From: Pavona decussata
Taxonomy: Eukaryota
NCBI GenBank assembly: GCA_977016875.1
Contig: CDRNST010000215.1
Span: 2,046,001 to 2,110,000 of the forward strand
Reading direction: 5' to 3'
DNA: 64,000 bases
The notes below the pieces were generated by a model. It was not told the origin of the DNA. It ran no database searches and saw only the letters and a list, made by a program, of their open reading frames with translations. The translations under genes and the position numbers were made by a program. Positions 25,801-36,867 of this stretch are shown here, in pieces. How positions within the stretch are numbered: position 1 is the first letter of the stretch; each line of letters begins with the position of its first letter.

Positions 25801-26934
25801 AGATAATGCATTAGTCAATTCCAACAGGAATGGGGGGAGGGGGGAGGCACCCACCTTTAAATTGTAATGAAAGCTTAAGCCTGGTTCACACTAAAGACAT
25901 AACAACATAAGTGTGAATTTGCGCAAATGCAAATAGAAATTTATGTCAATGTTTTAGAGCAACATAACATAATGATGTAGCAGAAATATATAATGACATA
26001 AGCATAACAACATAAAGAAAAAACTGATCTTTTCTTGTTGTTATGTCCATGTCGTTTCGTTATTATGTTGCCAGTGTGCACCAGGCTTTATTCATGCCAA
26101 ACTAAGTATCAGATGAGTCCTATTTCTCAGTAAATGAGGCAGTGACCACTGGTTTTGTGAATATTGATGTCCTTCTCAGACATGCTTAATCAAGAAATTA
26201 TTTATTGCCTTTGCTGATGAGCTTATCATTTTAATGAAGCAACAATATTGCAAGGTGAAAATCTCACAACGGTCAAATGCCCGGAGGTCAGGACTAATGC
26301 CTGACTCCCATGACAGACAATGTTGAAAAATGACCCACTAATGCCCCCAGGGGGACACTCCTGGAACTGACTGGTAACTTTTGTGTTCTGAACGGTACAA
26401 CAGTGTTGATGTTCATCCGAAACATGTTTTAGAAATTTACGCGTCTTATTTCTACTTCAAGGAAAACATTCAGTTCTATTGTTAACCTTAACCTATGCAT
26501 AAACTTATTATGCTGAAGCTTTTGTTACTAATTTTATAGACTCTGGGTAATAAACTTTTTCGCCTGACAAGCTAATGCTGTGAGCGTGCACGTGTCTTGT
26601 TTTTACTTTCAGGAAAACCTACAGTTCTGTTGTTAACTTTAACCTACGCATAAACTTAATTATTTTGCTAAAGCTTTTATAAATTTTATAGACTCTGAGT
26701 AAAAAACTTGTTCGCCTGACGAGCCTGTAAGCTAGCGCGCAGCAGTAAGCGTGTGTTTGTTTTCATACCGACCTGACCATCTAAGATCCTGTTAATAGTC
26801 CGCGTAGGACTTCCAGTGATAACCAAATCCTTGGCCACATTCTTAGGATCGACATTAGGACACACTGCCAATACACTATTGATCATTGACTGGGGAATAG
26901 TTTTATAAGGGGAACAAACCTCCATGGTCGCCAT
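13802..26934 (-). CDS. EME1: Crossover junction endonuclease subunit EME1 (MUS81 partner), 12 coding exons, about 741 aa
   Basis: Exons (all GT-AG, frame-consistent): 26773-26934, 24674-25531, 23749-23877, 22621-22668, 21410-21589, 21172-21264, 19959-20089, 18356-18625, 17906-17966, 17022-17147, 14450-14506, 13802-13912. Domain order: acidic/Ser-rich disordered region, Lys/Glu coiled coil, inactive ERCC4-like domain (VVSIDP...SITWQR...GLEKYFR...SRVEVEEALVDLQL...FTKAVAEAPFK), then HhH region (GLKKVWQQYFQQFRNVSADMAAAIVAVYPSPQSLLQAY...LLQDILVRRGAGVLASSRRIGPELSRRV). Confidence 0.93.
14600..16881 (-). mobile_element. Truncated Polinton/Maverick (adintovirus-like) remnant inside EME1 intron 10: terminus, small Cys/His ORF and decayed rve integrase
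   Basis: Integrase N-terminus: YTLHKPARRHYKRSRVIVPGINAQFQADL...YKYLLTCVDVFSKYAFVV (14979-15401), then TDQG and IKMKP. Integrase C-terminus: VYRLKDDGDEILDGTFHE (14604-14786). ORF 16137-16496 contains CDGCAIHHPSQRQHSC. The minus strand starts AGTAGT at 16881, matching the Polinton terminal motif. Confidence 0.8.
17666..17845 (+). mobile_element. Degenerate tRNA-derived SINE in an EME1 intron
   Basis: GGAGCAGGGATGGCG A-box-like head, ctcccacca..tggcc, decayed B-box and body ending ...ccaacgttctaaattgcaatttcatctgg. Recognised as a common cnidarian SINE pattern from memory. Confidence 0.55.
20535..20755. repeat. Foldback-like element made of inverted arrays of short AATCAATGAGT-like repeats
   Basis: aatcaatgagt / aatcaatag repeats at 20538-20640 are mirrored by gattactcattgat / ttacccattgat repeats at 20670-20750. 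Confidence 0.55.
21716..22412. repeat. Tandem ~110-bp repeat (about 6 copies) in an EME1 intron; a dispersed single copy lies at ~46085-46190
   Basis: gtgtgaccattcaaatgaaagctactgagcagtactttcctgtggtgc...gagtctgtggatgaaatcctaaa recurs at ~21718, 21906, 22017, 22128, 22233 and 22344. Confidence 0.9.
23270..23674. mobile_element. piggyBac-like MITE (TTAA-CCC...GGG-TTAA) with a second MITE nested at ~23430-23624
   Basis: Outer element runs ttaacccctaatatcaaagaac...agggcttaaagggttaa; relatives occur at 42010-42210 (reverse) and 59477-59655. The inner element has TIRs TGTGCAGTTCCAGAAAA / TTTTCTGAAACTGCACA. Confidence 0.7.
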
Positions 26935-26965
26935 GTTGGTTGTTGGATCCAGCGCTTTTTGGCGG
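26929..26965 (-). promoter_or_regulatory. Candidate YY1-like (AACATGGCG, overlapping the start codon) and E2F-like (TTTGGCGG) motifs at the EME1 start
   Basis: Motifs are seen directly in a locally GC/CpG-rich patch. Function is inferred only. Confidence 0.3.
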
Positions 26966-28269
26966 AGCGCGCGTCGAAGGCGCGCACGCGGAGCACCACG
27001 GGTAGGGAAATATGGTAACTCATCGATGCGAGAAATTTTGTTATGCGCCCGTACGCAGCATCAGAGGATTACCAATGCGAATGGTAAACTTGCCTGCAAC
27101 TGCCAACTGTTTTTAAGGAATAAAAACAAACGGAAATTTTCAAGAAAGCTAATTTATATATTCATTGAATATGTTGACTAACGTGGAAAGAAGAGAAAGA
27201 GAGGAAAAGAGAAAGAAAACGAGAAAACTGGCGACGATTAAGCAAAGTTCGACGTGAAAGAAAGCGACTGAGAGCAAATGCAAACAGGCGAAATATGAAT
27301 GACGACTAACAGGTGAAACAGCAAGACAGAGCACGAGAAGAGAGAAGGAATTATACTTAAGAGCAGCGGAAGAAAGAACGAAAAAGAGACTAAATTATGC
27401 GGTAACCATAAGCAGGCTTATATAAATGCTATTAAAAAAAGGAATTGTGGAGCTCCGTTTTACGCTTGGCCAGATAGATAGATAGTTTAGATAGATAGTT
27501 TTATTGATATAATACTTGGCAGCCCGAAAGCTGAATTACGTATTTACATAGATACAAAACTAGCATTTATTTGCACTGCTGGCTCGTGCTAAAAAACTTT
27601 CATTAGACACAGGACAACCAGGCTAAAAAATGACGAGTTTGTATTAAACTCGGCAGAAGAGAAAGTTTGCGGGAACAGCAGTTACATGTATATTGTGTTT
27701 GTGCTAGAAATCAGTTTCCAAACTCGTGTTGACCTTAATCCAAATTACATCTGGAGTATAATCGATCATGAATGTCCCACGCTCTAAGCGCTCCGAGCGA
27801 TCTTTCAAGACGATGTCAGGAAATTCCTCATAAGAGGTTTTTGGAATTACTGGGATACAAAATGGCTGTTAAATGATCGTGCGTCAGCGAAAGTTTCCAG
27901 AAATGTCTTCCCAAATTTGCTTAAAAAGATAAATCTTGCAGCTACCCCGCTTATTCTTATTCCAGAATACGGTCAATCGAACGCAACCTAATTTTTTTTT
28001 TTTTACATGTATCTACATGTAAAAATGTTTTATTGCCAATAAAATTGTGTTTATTAAACTTTCTACTACAGAAATGGAAGGAAACCATCTTGGTACTCTG
28101 GGGTAACATTAAAGTATTTAAAGTAATATGTTCTCGTTTGGTGCCCCTAATTATTCCTGATTGTTCCAAGAAAAATTTGTTCCAATTATTCTGATCAGCG
28201 ATAATTAATGCGATCTAACAACTTGCAGTTCCTAAGTGGCTGTGAATCCTGTGACGAATGATAGATGTC

Positions 28270-30191
28270 ACCATTCAACCAATAGGGCTCGCCAAATTTT
28301 TCCAGCCAGCCAATCAGACGAAAGAGTGAGCTTCATTCTGCGAGCCGGCAAGAAAACTTGCAAAATTCGCGCCCCTTTTTGTTCAACTTTTTTTACCTTG
28401 TTCTGAAGCGACCGTCGAATGAAGTTTTATTTTCTTCTCCGAGTTTTGAGCTAATTATTTCGTTCTGCAACGAGAACTTCACCGAGAACCATATATACAG
28501 AGTGCACTAAAGAAGGAGAAGACGGAAAGTAAACTTTGGAGACTTTGTTGGCATGGCAAGGTAAGAAATTATCGACAAGCAGTTTGCACTTTCAATGCAA
28601 ATGCTGACGTTTGTTAAGTTTCATTGTGTTTTTTAAAGCTAGTACTTGTCTAAAGTTTGCTTTTATTTAATTTTTCTCAGCGTTTCATATGACCAGGAGG
28701 AAAGCTCCAACCTCCAAGGCTACGATTAAAGCGTTAAAAGTTACAAAAACGACGCAAAATGTTCTGTGAAGCCGGAAGACACCTTTACGCGTGGAAACTC
28801 GGCGGGGGAGAATTCGTGGCAAACTGAGAGTCTGACTCTGACAACAACTGTTAACATAAAAAACTAAGGTGAGGAAACTAGCACTCTCGATTTAATTTAA
28901 TTAAATAAGAGTGGCAATAATTAAACAAGTTTATTTTCCCTCTTTAATCATTTTTTTCCTAAAACGGGAAAAGTTTGTGCTTTTAGTCAAGGCATATGCA
29001 TGCAGCGCGAAAGCTTTCGATCAGTTTTGGAATTTGCGGGGAAAACAAACTGTTTACATCACGAAAAATAACGTTAACTATATAGTTAAAATACTCCCTG
29101 TAACACTATGTAGTTTGCCATTTTTGAAGCGAAATTATGTTATTTTGTCAGAACGTTTTTGACTTTGAGCAAAATTAGCGTATGTAGCAAGTTTCCATTC
29201 AATATTTAGTACAAACATGTTTTCTTGGAATTCCGCGGAATTTTTATTTCTTCTGCTCGAGTCGCAGAAACGCTTTAGGGGTTCTTTTACACATAAAACT
29301 AATGTCAAATTTTACGACCATGAATCTCCTTTAAAATTCAATTGTTCTTGCTTTTGCTAAACTTATGTCAATGTTAAACATCGTCATGGTTGCACGTTGA
29401 AAGGCCAGATTTCCGCACAACCCCATACATTTTAAAATTATGTATCCACTTTGCGACTCAAACTCTATTCGCGCTTGCCGTTTTTGCACGAGAGTTACTA
29501 TGGCAGTCGTGTATGTGTAATTTATGTATTGGACAGTGCGGAAATCTTTCCTTCCTTTTGATCTAAAATTTCAATTTCTTTGATCTTTTGTAAATGAAAG
29601 TGTCTTCAGTTGGACTGATTTCTGGCTGTTAAGTTCTGTAATTTCTAGGCTCACTACTTCAGTTAAAGGATTTGGAGACTATCTGAGGAAGACCATTACA
29701 ATTAAGTACGCAACTTGAACAGTTGCAAAACCAGAGTTTGAAAAAATACATTCTTGGAAGGGATTCAAACCTGTTCGAGGAACTCGAGCAGTGAATTTTT
29801 CTGTTCATGCTTTCTTTTCTCAACTGTGATAGCCTTACATAAAAATTATTCACCGACTGTTAAAACATATGATATTTCATATGTTCATTTGAATACATTT
29901 ACACTTCTGTCAAGCAATTTTTTTTTACCGGAGCCTTAACGCGCTTCATCATTCTCAAAAATTTATACAAACAGTTATGTATCTAAACTCCTCTTTTGTT
30001 TTGTTTTCTAGAAAATAACTGATTCCTCTTGACATGCCATTGTCCCTGCCATGAACAACTTTTACCACTTCTACAACCTGGTACAACTTCTCTATGGACA
30101 CAAATAAACTGTCTGATGTATCATGAATGGAAACTTCAAGCTCAAGCGGCAAGACAAAGACAAAGTCCGTCGAAGACCTTTTATGGTCTTG
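28270..30191 (+). ncRNA. Candidate spliced transcript (lncRNA or micro-ORF) oriented divergently from EME1
   Basis: Two CCAAT boxes (~28279, ~28310). Donor AAG|GTAAGA at 28560/28561, acceptor tttttctcag ending 28680, donor AAG|GTGAGG at 28868/28869, acceptor ttgttttctag ending 30011. The spliced ORF from 28553 is only 18 aa. Confidence 0.35.
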
Positions 30192-31749
30192 GTATCGTAC
30201 CCTTTCAGATTTATTTTTTACTGGGGTAGGGTTAGTTAAGGGGGGTAATTAAGTTAGCTCTGAATGGAACCCAGCTCTCGTTTGCGACGTTTAAAATATT
30301 TTTTGTCGACTATTTAATTTCTTCAGCTACTGTTCGACAAATGGTCCTGCTCTTCGACTTTATAACTTTTTGAACCGTCCGCATGATTCGTAATTGGATT
30401 TTGTTTCGCTTTTTGAGTGATACTGGCATTTGAAAATTGGCATATTTTTGTTCCTTAGCATTTCGACTGATTGACTTTCAGATATTCACTTTTTTCGCTT
30501 TTCATGAGATTGGTAATTCGGTTTGAATGGCTTTTTAATCGAGTTTCCATTGTTTTCGTGCTCCGTCCGTTATCAGCTTTGCTGCTGTTTGACCGTCAGC
30601 GTGTTTTTCGACTTCTGCAAGTGTCAGTGGCCTCAGCTAAGTAGCAGAATTATCTCTGCAACTGAGGCAAGCCAGCCTGGGTCCATTCAGATTGCATATG
30701 CTTAAACGCTGTTCACTGGGCTCTTCAAGCCAATTGGTAACCTGCCTAACTGGTTTGAATGCCAAGTGTTGGGAAGTAATTGGGCTTAATTGAGTATGCT
30801 TAATTGAAGGTATGTTTCACGAGGTACCTCGTGAGATATGCCTTAAATTTCTGGTAAGTGTTTTTTTTTTTTTTTCACTCTTCAGCGTTTAAGCATCATT
30901 CCCCATAACAGCATGAGGTCGAAATCACTTCGAGATTCATGCACCACTGCCAACGACTGCAATACGCAGCCGGGTTATGGCTCGTCATGAGGTCGAATTT
31001 ACTTCGACATTCATGCATCGCTGCCAACGACTTCGATGCGCAGTTTATGGCTCGTCGAATTTTTTTTCCGTGAAGTCCATTTCGATTCGCTTTTTATCTT
31101 GTGAATAACCAGTTTTATCACGGAAATTCCGTTTCGTTCTGGTGCTGTAGGTGTTTCCTCTCTTATAGCTGATTATTCGTGTCGGCTTCATCCTTTTTTT
31201 GCGACATTTTCTTCTGTGATCGACATTTTCAATTCGCTCTTTTTCTTCTGAAGGTCTAACTTTGCCACGGCATTTCGATCCGTTACGGTAGGCTCGTAGT
31301 TTTCTGCCCTTTCTTGTAACTGATCATTCCTGTCCACTTTTGTCTTATGATACATTTTTATTGCGACTTTTTTCCACAAATGGATTTTCGATTCGCTTTT
31401 TCTCTTTCCGTAGGCTCATGGCTTTCCTGTTACGATAGGCTTATAGCTTTTTCTCCACTACTGTTTTGCTAAACAATTTAACCACTTAAGGGCGATTCGC
31501 TTTTTCTCTTGTGAAGACGCAGCTTTCATAGCACCGATAATGAATTTCGATCTTAAACTGTAGGCTCATAGCTTTCCTGTTACGATAGGCTGATAGCTTT
31601 CTCTCCACTTGTGTCTTGTGTATTAATAGTGTAGCAGAGGTTCCTTATTAAGGTTGCTCAGTCATATCTTTTTCCTGGGGTGGGTAGTTGGCTTACTTTG
31701 GGATTGGGTAGGGTGGGTAGAACAGCAATAAATCCAAACGGTAGATTAG

Positions 31750-33543
31750 ACGCGGGAGTTCATGTGATGCTAGACGTCACATGGGCTGGTCGCGTACATA
31801 ACTGTTAAACTGTTAACATACGTTATTACTTTAAGGAAAACTTTTTTTACGAACATTTTCTATATATATATTTTTTTTTTCGTGTGAGAGTTCTTGGGAT
31901 GACTAGCATCCCGTAAGCTGGTCGTGCGTATTTAATTAGTCAGATCTGCTGGACACTGAAAACTGAAGATCACAAGACTTAGGAGCAAGAAAGGACGTCA
32001 AACAGAAAACACACCGTAGTGCGTTTACAAGCTCGGAGAACTGAAGAGAGTATTCTGAAGAAGAAAACAAAGAACGGAGAGGACAATGGAAAAGAAGAAC
32101 AAGAACAAGAAGAATTGGGACGAGGAAGGAGTGAAAGAGACTGTTGACTTTTTGAGCTTAGTTCACCAAGCTATTTTTCTTTTTGCTCTTTTCACCTAGT
32201 TATGAAGGGCTCAAGGAGTTTTCTGTTATCTTTGTTACTGGTACGCTTTCGTGTAGCTCGATATCTTCTGTAATTCTACTTGATATACAAACGAAAAGAA
32301 ACGGAGTCGACGAAGCAAGAACGAACAGAAGATGAAGATAGAAAGCATGAAAAGAAACCGCAACGAAAAAGTCAAGACCTTAGACAAAACAGCAAATAAA
32401 TTCAAGAAGAATGATGTCAACATCACAAAAGTAAGACAGCAAATTGTTGAGAATTGAAGAACAGAGAGATGAGTGGAGGACACGAGGCTCTAGGTGCGGT
32501 GAAAATTATATTGGCGTTGAACTACGTTTACCTAGGAAGGACTTAGGTTCGACTCCTGACAAGAGCACTCGGGTTTCCTTTTTCCGAGTATGCCTGTGTC
32601 ACTCACTGAATACCTCATCATTCTCATTTAACTAGTTGTTATCATAAGTAGAGCAGTGGCTCAAGAATTTTTTTTTTTCTTCCTTTCTTTCTTTCTTCTT
32701 TTGTGGAGGCTGACAAAATGATGCATCGTTGCTTTTGCGTCAAATTTCTCTACCACCCTTTTCTCTTTTGACAACTTTTGACAACCTCCTTAATTCGGGT
32801 TCTCGCCTTTTTTCCGTCTGGGGACCACTTTAGGAGGCCGACATCACCGAAATCCAGGGCGAAGTGAAACGAAGAAGCAAGACTAAGAGAATCGCGCGCT
32901 GAAAGGCATCAGAGACACGAAGAAAAAGGGTCAAGAATAGTAGAAACGCGGACGACCATTAAAAGACATGTTTGAAGATAATTGAGAGCAAGAGTGTCAC
33001 ATGAAGCCAAAAAGTTTGTCCTGGACTTTTAAGAAAGTCAGTTTCCTTGTTAATATTTTGAAACAGTGGTGCGGGGGCTCACAGAATACTTCTTATTCCA
33101 TGGGCTGGTCGCGCACTGTCTTGTCTTTTATTGATTGTTTAATGTAGGTATTTAGGCTCGAAAACTGGATCAGAAACCAAGATCAAGAAGTATCAGCAAG
33201 AACGTGACATTGGAAGCTGTGCGCAGATGGCCAAAAATACGTTTCATCTGGACAAGCCTGCAAACTGGAAAAGAGTAAAACACTGGCAGTGAAGACCTGT
33301 TAAGAGAGCAAGAAAGGATACAACAAAGCAAGAAATGCTGACAGAAAGAAACAGAGGACTTAAGCAATATTTGTTATACTCTACAATAATCAACATAATT
33401 TTAAGTCAAGTAAGACGGGTGGAGCGGGGATTCATGGGATTTCACTGATCAGTCCCATGGGTCGGTCGCGCGTCCAGGTAAAAATTAAACAGAGTGGTGC
33501 GGGGGTTCATGGTTTGGTTTCCCATGGACTGGTCGCGTATTCT
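31750..33543 (+). other. Five dispersed copies of a conserved, covarying stem-loop (GCG-GG-stem-loop-stem-GGT-CGC)
   Basis: Hairpins at 31750-31795, 31881-31928, 33063-33119, 33424-33469 and 33491-33543, with compensatory changes and G-U pairs on the plus strand. Confidence 0.7.
32535..32632 (+). mobile_element. 5'-truncated tRNA-derived SINE
   Basis: B-box GGTTCGACTCC followed by gagcactcggg...ttccgagtatgcctgtgtcactcactgaa. No cloverleaf can be formed. Confidence 0.6.
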
Positions 33544-35259
33544 TTTAGTAAGTAGTTATTTACGAAATGAAGAGCAATAGTTTATAAAGACCGCTTTGAA
33601 CGGGAGTTGTAACACAAAATCACAAGGAAAGACGCAAAGGCCTTCGAAAGTCTTGTGAAGATGTGAAGAAATACTCCAGAACAAAAGAAGACCAGCAAAC
33701 ATGTTAACTGACCTGTGAAAGAAACAAGCAAAGACAGACGCGGACTGCTGCATCGAATGTACTCGTAAACACTTCAGGTCACACTTGCTGTGGTCTCTTC
33801 TGCATCTGTGAGGTGGTTCTGGTGCCAGTCTACAGTAAACCTTTTCACTTCAGCTTTCTCTTAATTTTAGAGCTCACCTCTACATCGTACACACCTTGAG
33901 CCCTTTCACGTTTTTTTTTTTTTTTTGTTCACCTTTAAGGGTTTTCTTTTGACAGCATTCAGCCTTCCTCTTCTCCAGTTCTTCCCGTCTCTATTTTGTG
34001 TTCTATTTCTTTATGTTTTTGTCTTCCCATTTCACCCCTTTCTTCCACTTTGTATACGTCTCATTATCGGCACCCTTGAAGCCTTGAAGCCTCCTCCGAT
34101 TCACATGCTTCATTACTCTGCACATTGGTCTATCTACGGTTTCATTGACTTTCGTTTTCTCTTTTAACTAAATACGTTTTCTTTGCCGCTCGTCTACTGT
34201 CATATTCTTTGGGTAAGAGTTTCATCTTTATAATGCTGTGGCCTTGGCAACCTGGATTATAAGGTCAACCTTTCTATGCCCCTTTAAACTTCTCTCCCCA
34301 GTCCAAACACTGACTTGTCTCAGATTGTTAATTGTTACTAACGCTCCAGTTTACCTTTTTTTAAGTTGTGTAGCATTTCACTGCTTTCCGGAAAATGATC
34401 TTTACCTATACGCAAATTTTCCTGATACTGTTACCTGTTACTATTTCCTTACGAGCCCTTCCTTAATTGATGTTCCTTCTTTTCAGTTTTATGACTACTA
34501 CACCGCTATTCTAACTCAGCACAGGGTCAGAAAGTGTCAGTTGTTGTGATTTCTGTAACGTGAATGTTTTATGAGGTGGAATAGTTAGCATCATGACCAA
34601 GCCTGGAAAGCCAGGTGCTGTTGTTTGTCAGGTCTCTCAGTTGAGAGCTGTTCGCCTTACTTAAATCTTCGATGAATGAATGCCAGGAACGACTGTGCTT
34701 GTCTTTAATTCTTTCTGTTTTTCACTGTTATAAGCTTGAGTGACAGGCCTATTCCTGTGCAAACTCTACCTCACAATCATTACGCTGAGTTAATCTTATG
34801 CCCTGGTTAGTGACTGAGTCTATTACAGCCTTGGTAGGAAACCAAACGCTTTCAGAGCCCTAGCAAAGGGTAACTGGTCCACGTTTCACTGAGATCTTTT
34901 TCAGTTTGAAACTATGGTTTCTTGGTTGACTACCTGATCTGTTTGGTTTGAGCTGAGTGCTTGTACTTTCTCAAGCTTTCTTCAATACTCCTGACTGTAC
35001 ATTTCAGCCTACTACAACTTTTTTTTCATTTTATAGCTACTGAAAACTAAAAATAATAATCATCACAATCATCATCATTATCATCGTCATCATTATCATT
35101 AGTATCACCATCATCATCATCATCACCTTCTAATGACTATTTTGTTACAGGTAACTAGTGCTACAGCTTGCAAGAAACGGGATGATCAGTTCCAAGTTCG
35201 GAGATGTCTAATACAAAGCCAGTGAAGCCTTTTCTGAAACCTACAGTAGGTGGAGCTCA

Positions 35260-36055
35260 CTGCCGTCACACTTGCAATTAATCTACTTTTCAGCCAAGAT
35301 GACCAGCAATCAACAATGCTTCATCTCGGTCTTCAAACAGAATACCCTGTCGATATTGAGGAATCCGCAGATTTCAGACGCCTCAACCACATATTTCGAG
35401 AGTTAATTCAGCAACTATTCCATTTCGTTACTCTAATAACGGTTTATATCATTCAAATATTCAGCCGCAGTCATCGTCATCTTTAATTCATTCGCTGGCC
35501 ATTGCTTTTTCTACACGCCCGCGTATTTCGTGATCATCTCATATACACCTGCAATCAGTATCAATAACTCGACTTGTGCAATCATTATTGCTACCTGTAG
35601 GCGCCAGCTTCGAGTGTATAATCTGGTCAGCACTCAGGTTTAGTAATTCATCTACACCTCAAGTTCAGTCAAACGCCTGCTTCGCGATTTACGTGCGTGC
35701 AAACTATGTGAGTAAATTTTCTTTTGTTTTGGCACCAACATGGTGGCAATGCAAATCAATCTATTGGTACCAAATCCGCATAGACCCGCATGCATTCTGC
35801 TTTTATGCATTTGTCGTCGTTTTGCAAGCAACTTCCTTCCTTCTATCGTTTGTACAGTTCGATCCACTTACCACATCTGTGGTCTCATGTTCACTCTTCG
35901 CGCAAGGCAACATATCGTGCAAGAAATAGAATTTTTCGTGTATTCTTCCTATCACTTACCGGATTCATCGTTTCCATCTTTGCAATTCAATTCTCGGTGC
36001 CTATTCGTTCAAAACTTCGGCGTTCATCGTTTCGTACGCATCGGTCATCTACCTG

Positions 36056-36137
<82 letters not shown>

Positions 36138-36740
36138 GTCGTCATTATCTGTAAACAGCTTCGTTCTCCGTCACATTTTCATTACTCCTTCAATTTGGGT
36201 AAGTTATGCACACTACTGGGAGCCTAACGTTATCGTTATACAGGCGGTTGCGTCTTTTTTTCCCCACGGTTTTCCAATACGACCTGTAATTCACCATTTT
36301 ATTCCCCAATTCATTTCGGTTTCCGTCTTATCTACGCCGACCCATATTCGTTATCTTTCGCCAACTAACTGGCTATCTACTATCTACACGCGTTGCCTTC
36401 CGCAATCGATATTAGTATCGTAAAACTGTATATAAATGCGCTCCGTGTTTCTTCAAAATATTGCGGTCCATCGCCCTCTGTTATCTTTTTCGATACCTTA
36501 TCATGCCCTACAGAAATACATGCTTATCGACTTGCTATGCAAGCCATCGACAAACCGTGCGCAACTGTCGTTATCATCTTTTGCGATCTTGATATACCGC
36601 CATTGTCTTCTCGCCGCATTCGCTCTTCTTATCGCGCGACCCATTTTGGTGCCTTGTCGTTGTAGTGTAGCTAATACAATTTTTCCAGCACACGGAGCAC
36701 CAAGTAGAAGTCACGTGATGGATGTTCTGACCATGCGGCA
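35260..36740 (-). mobile_element. Highly decayed 5' part of a LINE (CR1/L2-like): ORF1 and the start of the AP endonuclease
   Basis: The minus strand starts with a CACGTG...GCTCCGTG leader. Cys/His relics resembling a PHD finger occur near 36450-36570, and NICG-L-RRLKSADF-like endonuclease N-terminal relics near 35330-35400. Many frameshifts. Confidence 0.45.
36056..36136. repeat. (CAT)n microsatellite
   Basis: Perfect trinucleotide run. It produces the poly-Ser and poly-Ile ORF artefacts. Confidence 0.97.
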
Positions 36741-36798
36741 AGTTAGCACTCTCAGAAATGCTCCAGTTCAAAAGGTCTCGCTGAAATACTTGAAGTGT

Positions 36799-36867
36799 TG
36801 GATGGATGGATGGATGGATGGATGGATGGATGGATGGATGGATGGATGGATGGATGGATGGATGGAT
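36799..36867. repeat. (TGGA)n microsatellite
   Basis: Perfect tetranucleotide run. Confidence 0.97.

Noticed and set aside
32535-32632. tRNA gene (also considered for 61935-62010)
   Set aside because: Only A-box and B-box-like motifs followed by SINE bodies; no cloverleaf.
31750-33543. H/ACA snoRNA or SECIS interpretation of the hairpins
   Set aside because: ANANNA-like words occur after H1 and between H4 and H5, but there is no terminal ACA, no large pseudouridylation pocket and no UGAN/NGAN quartet.
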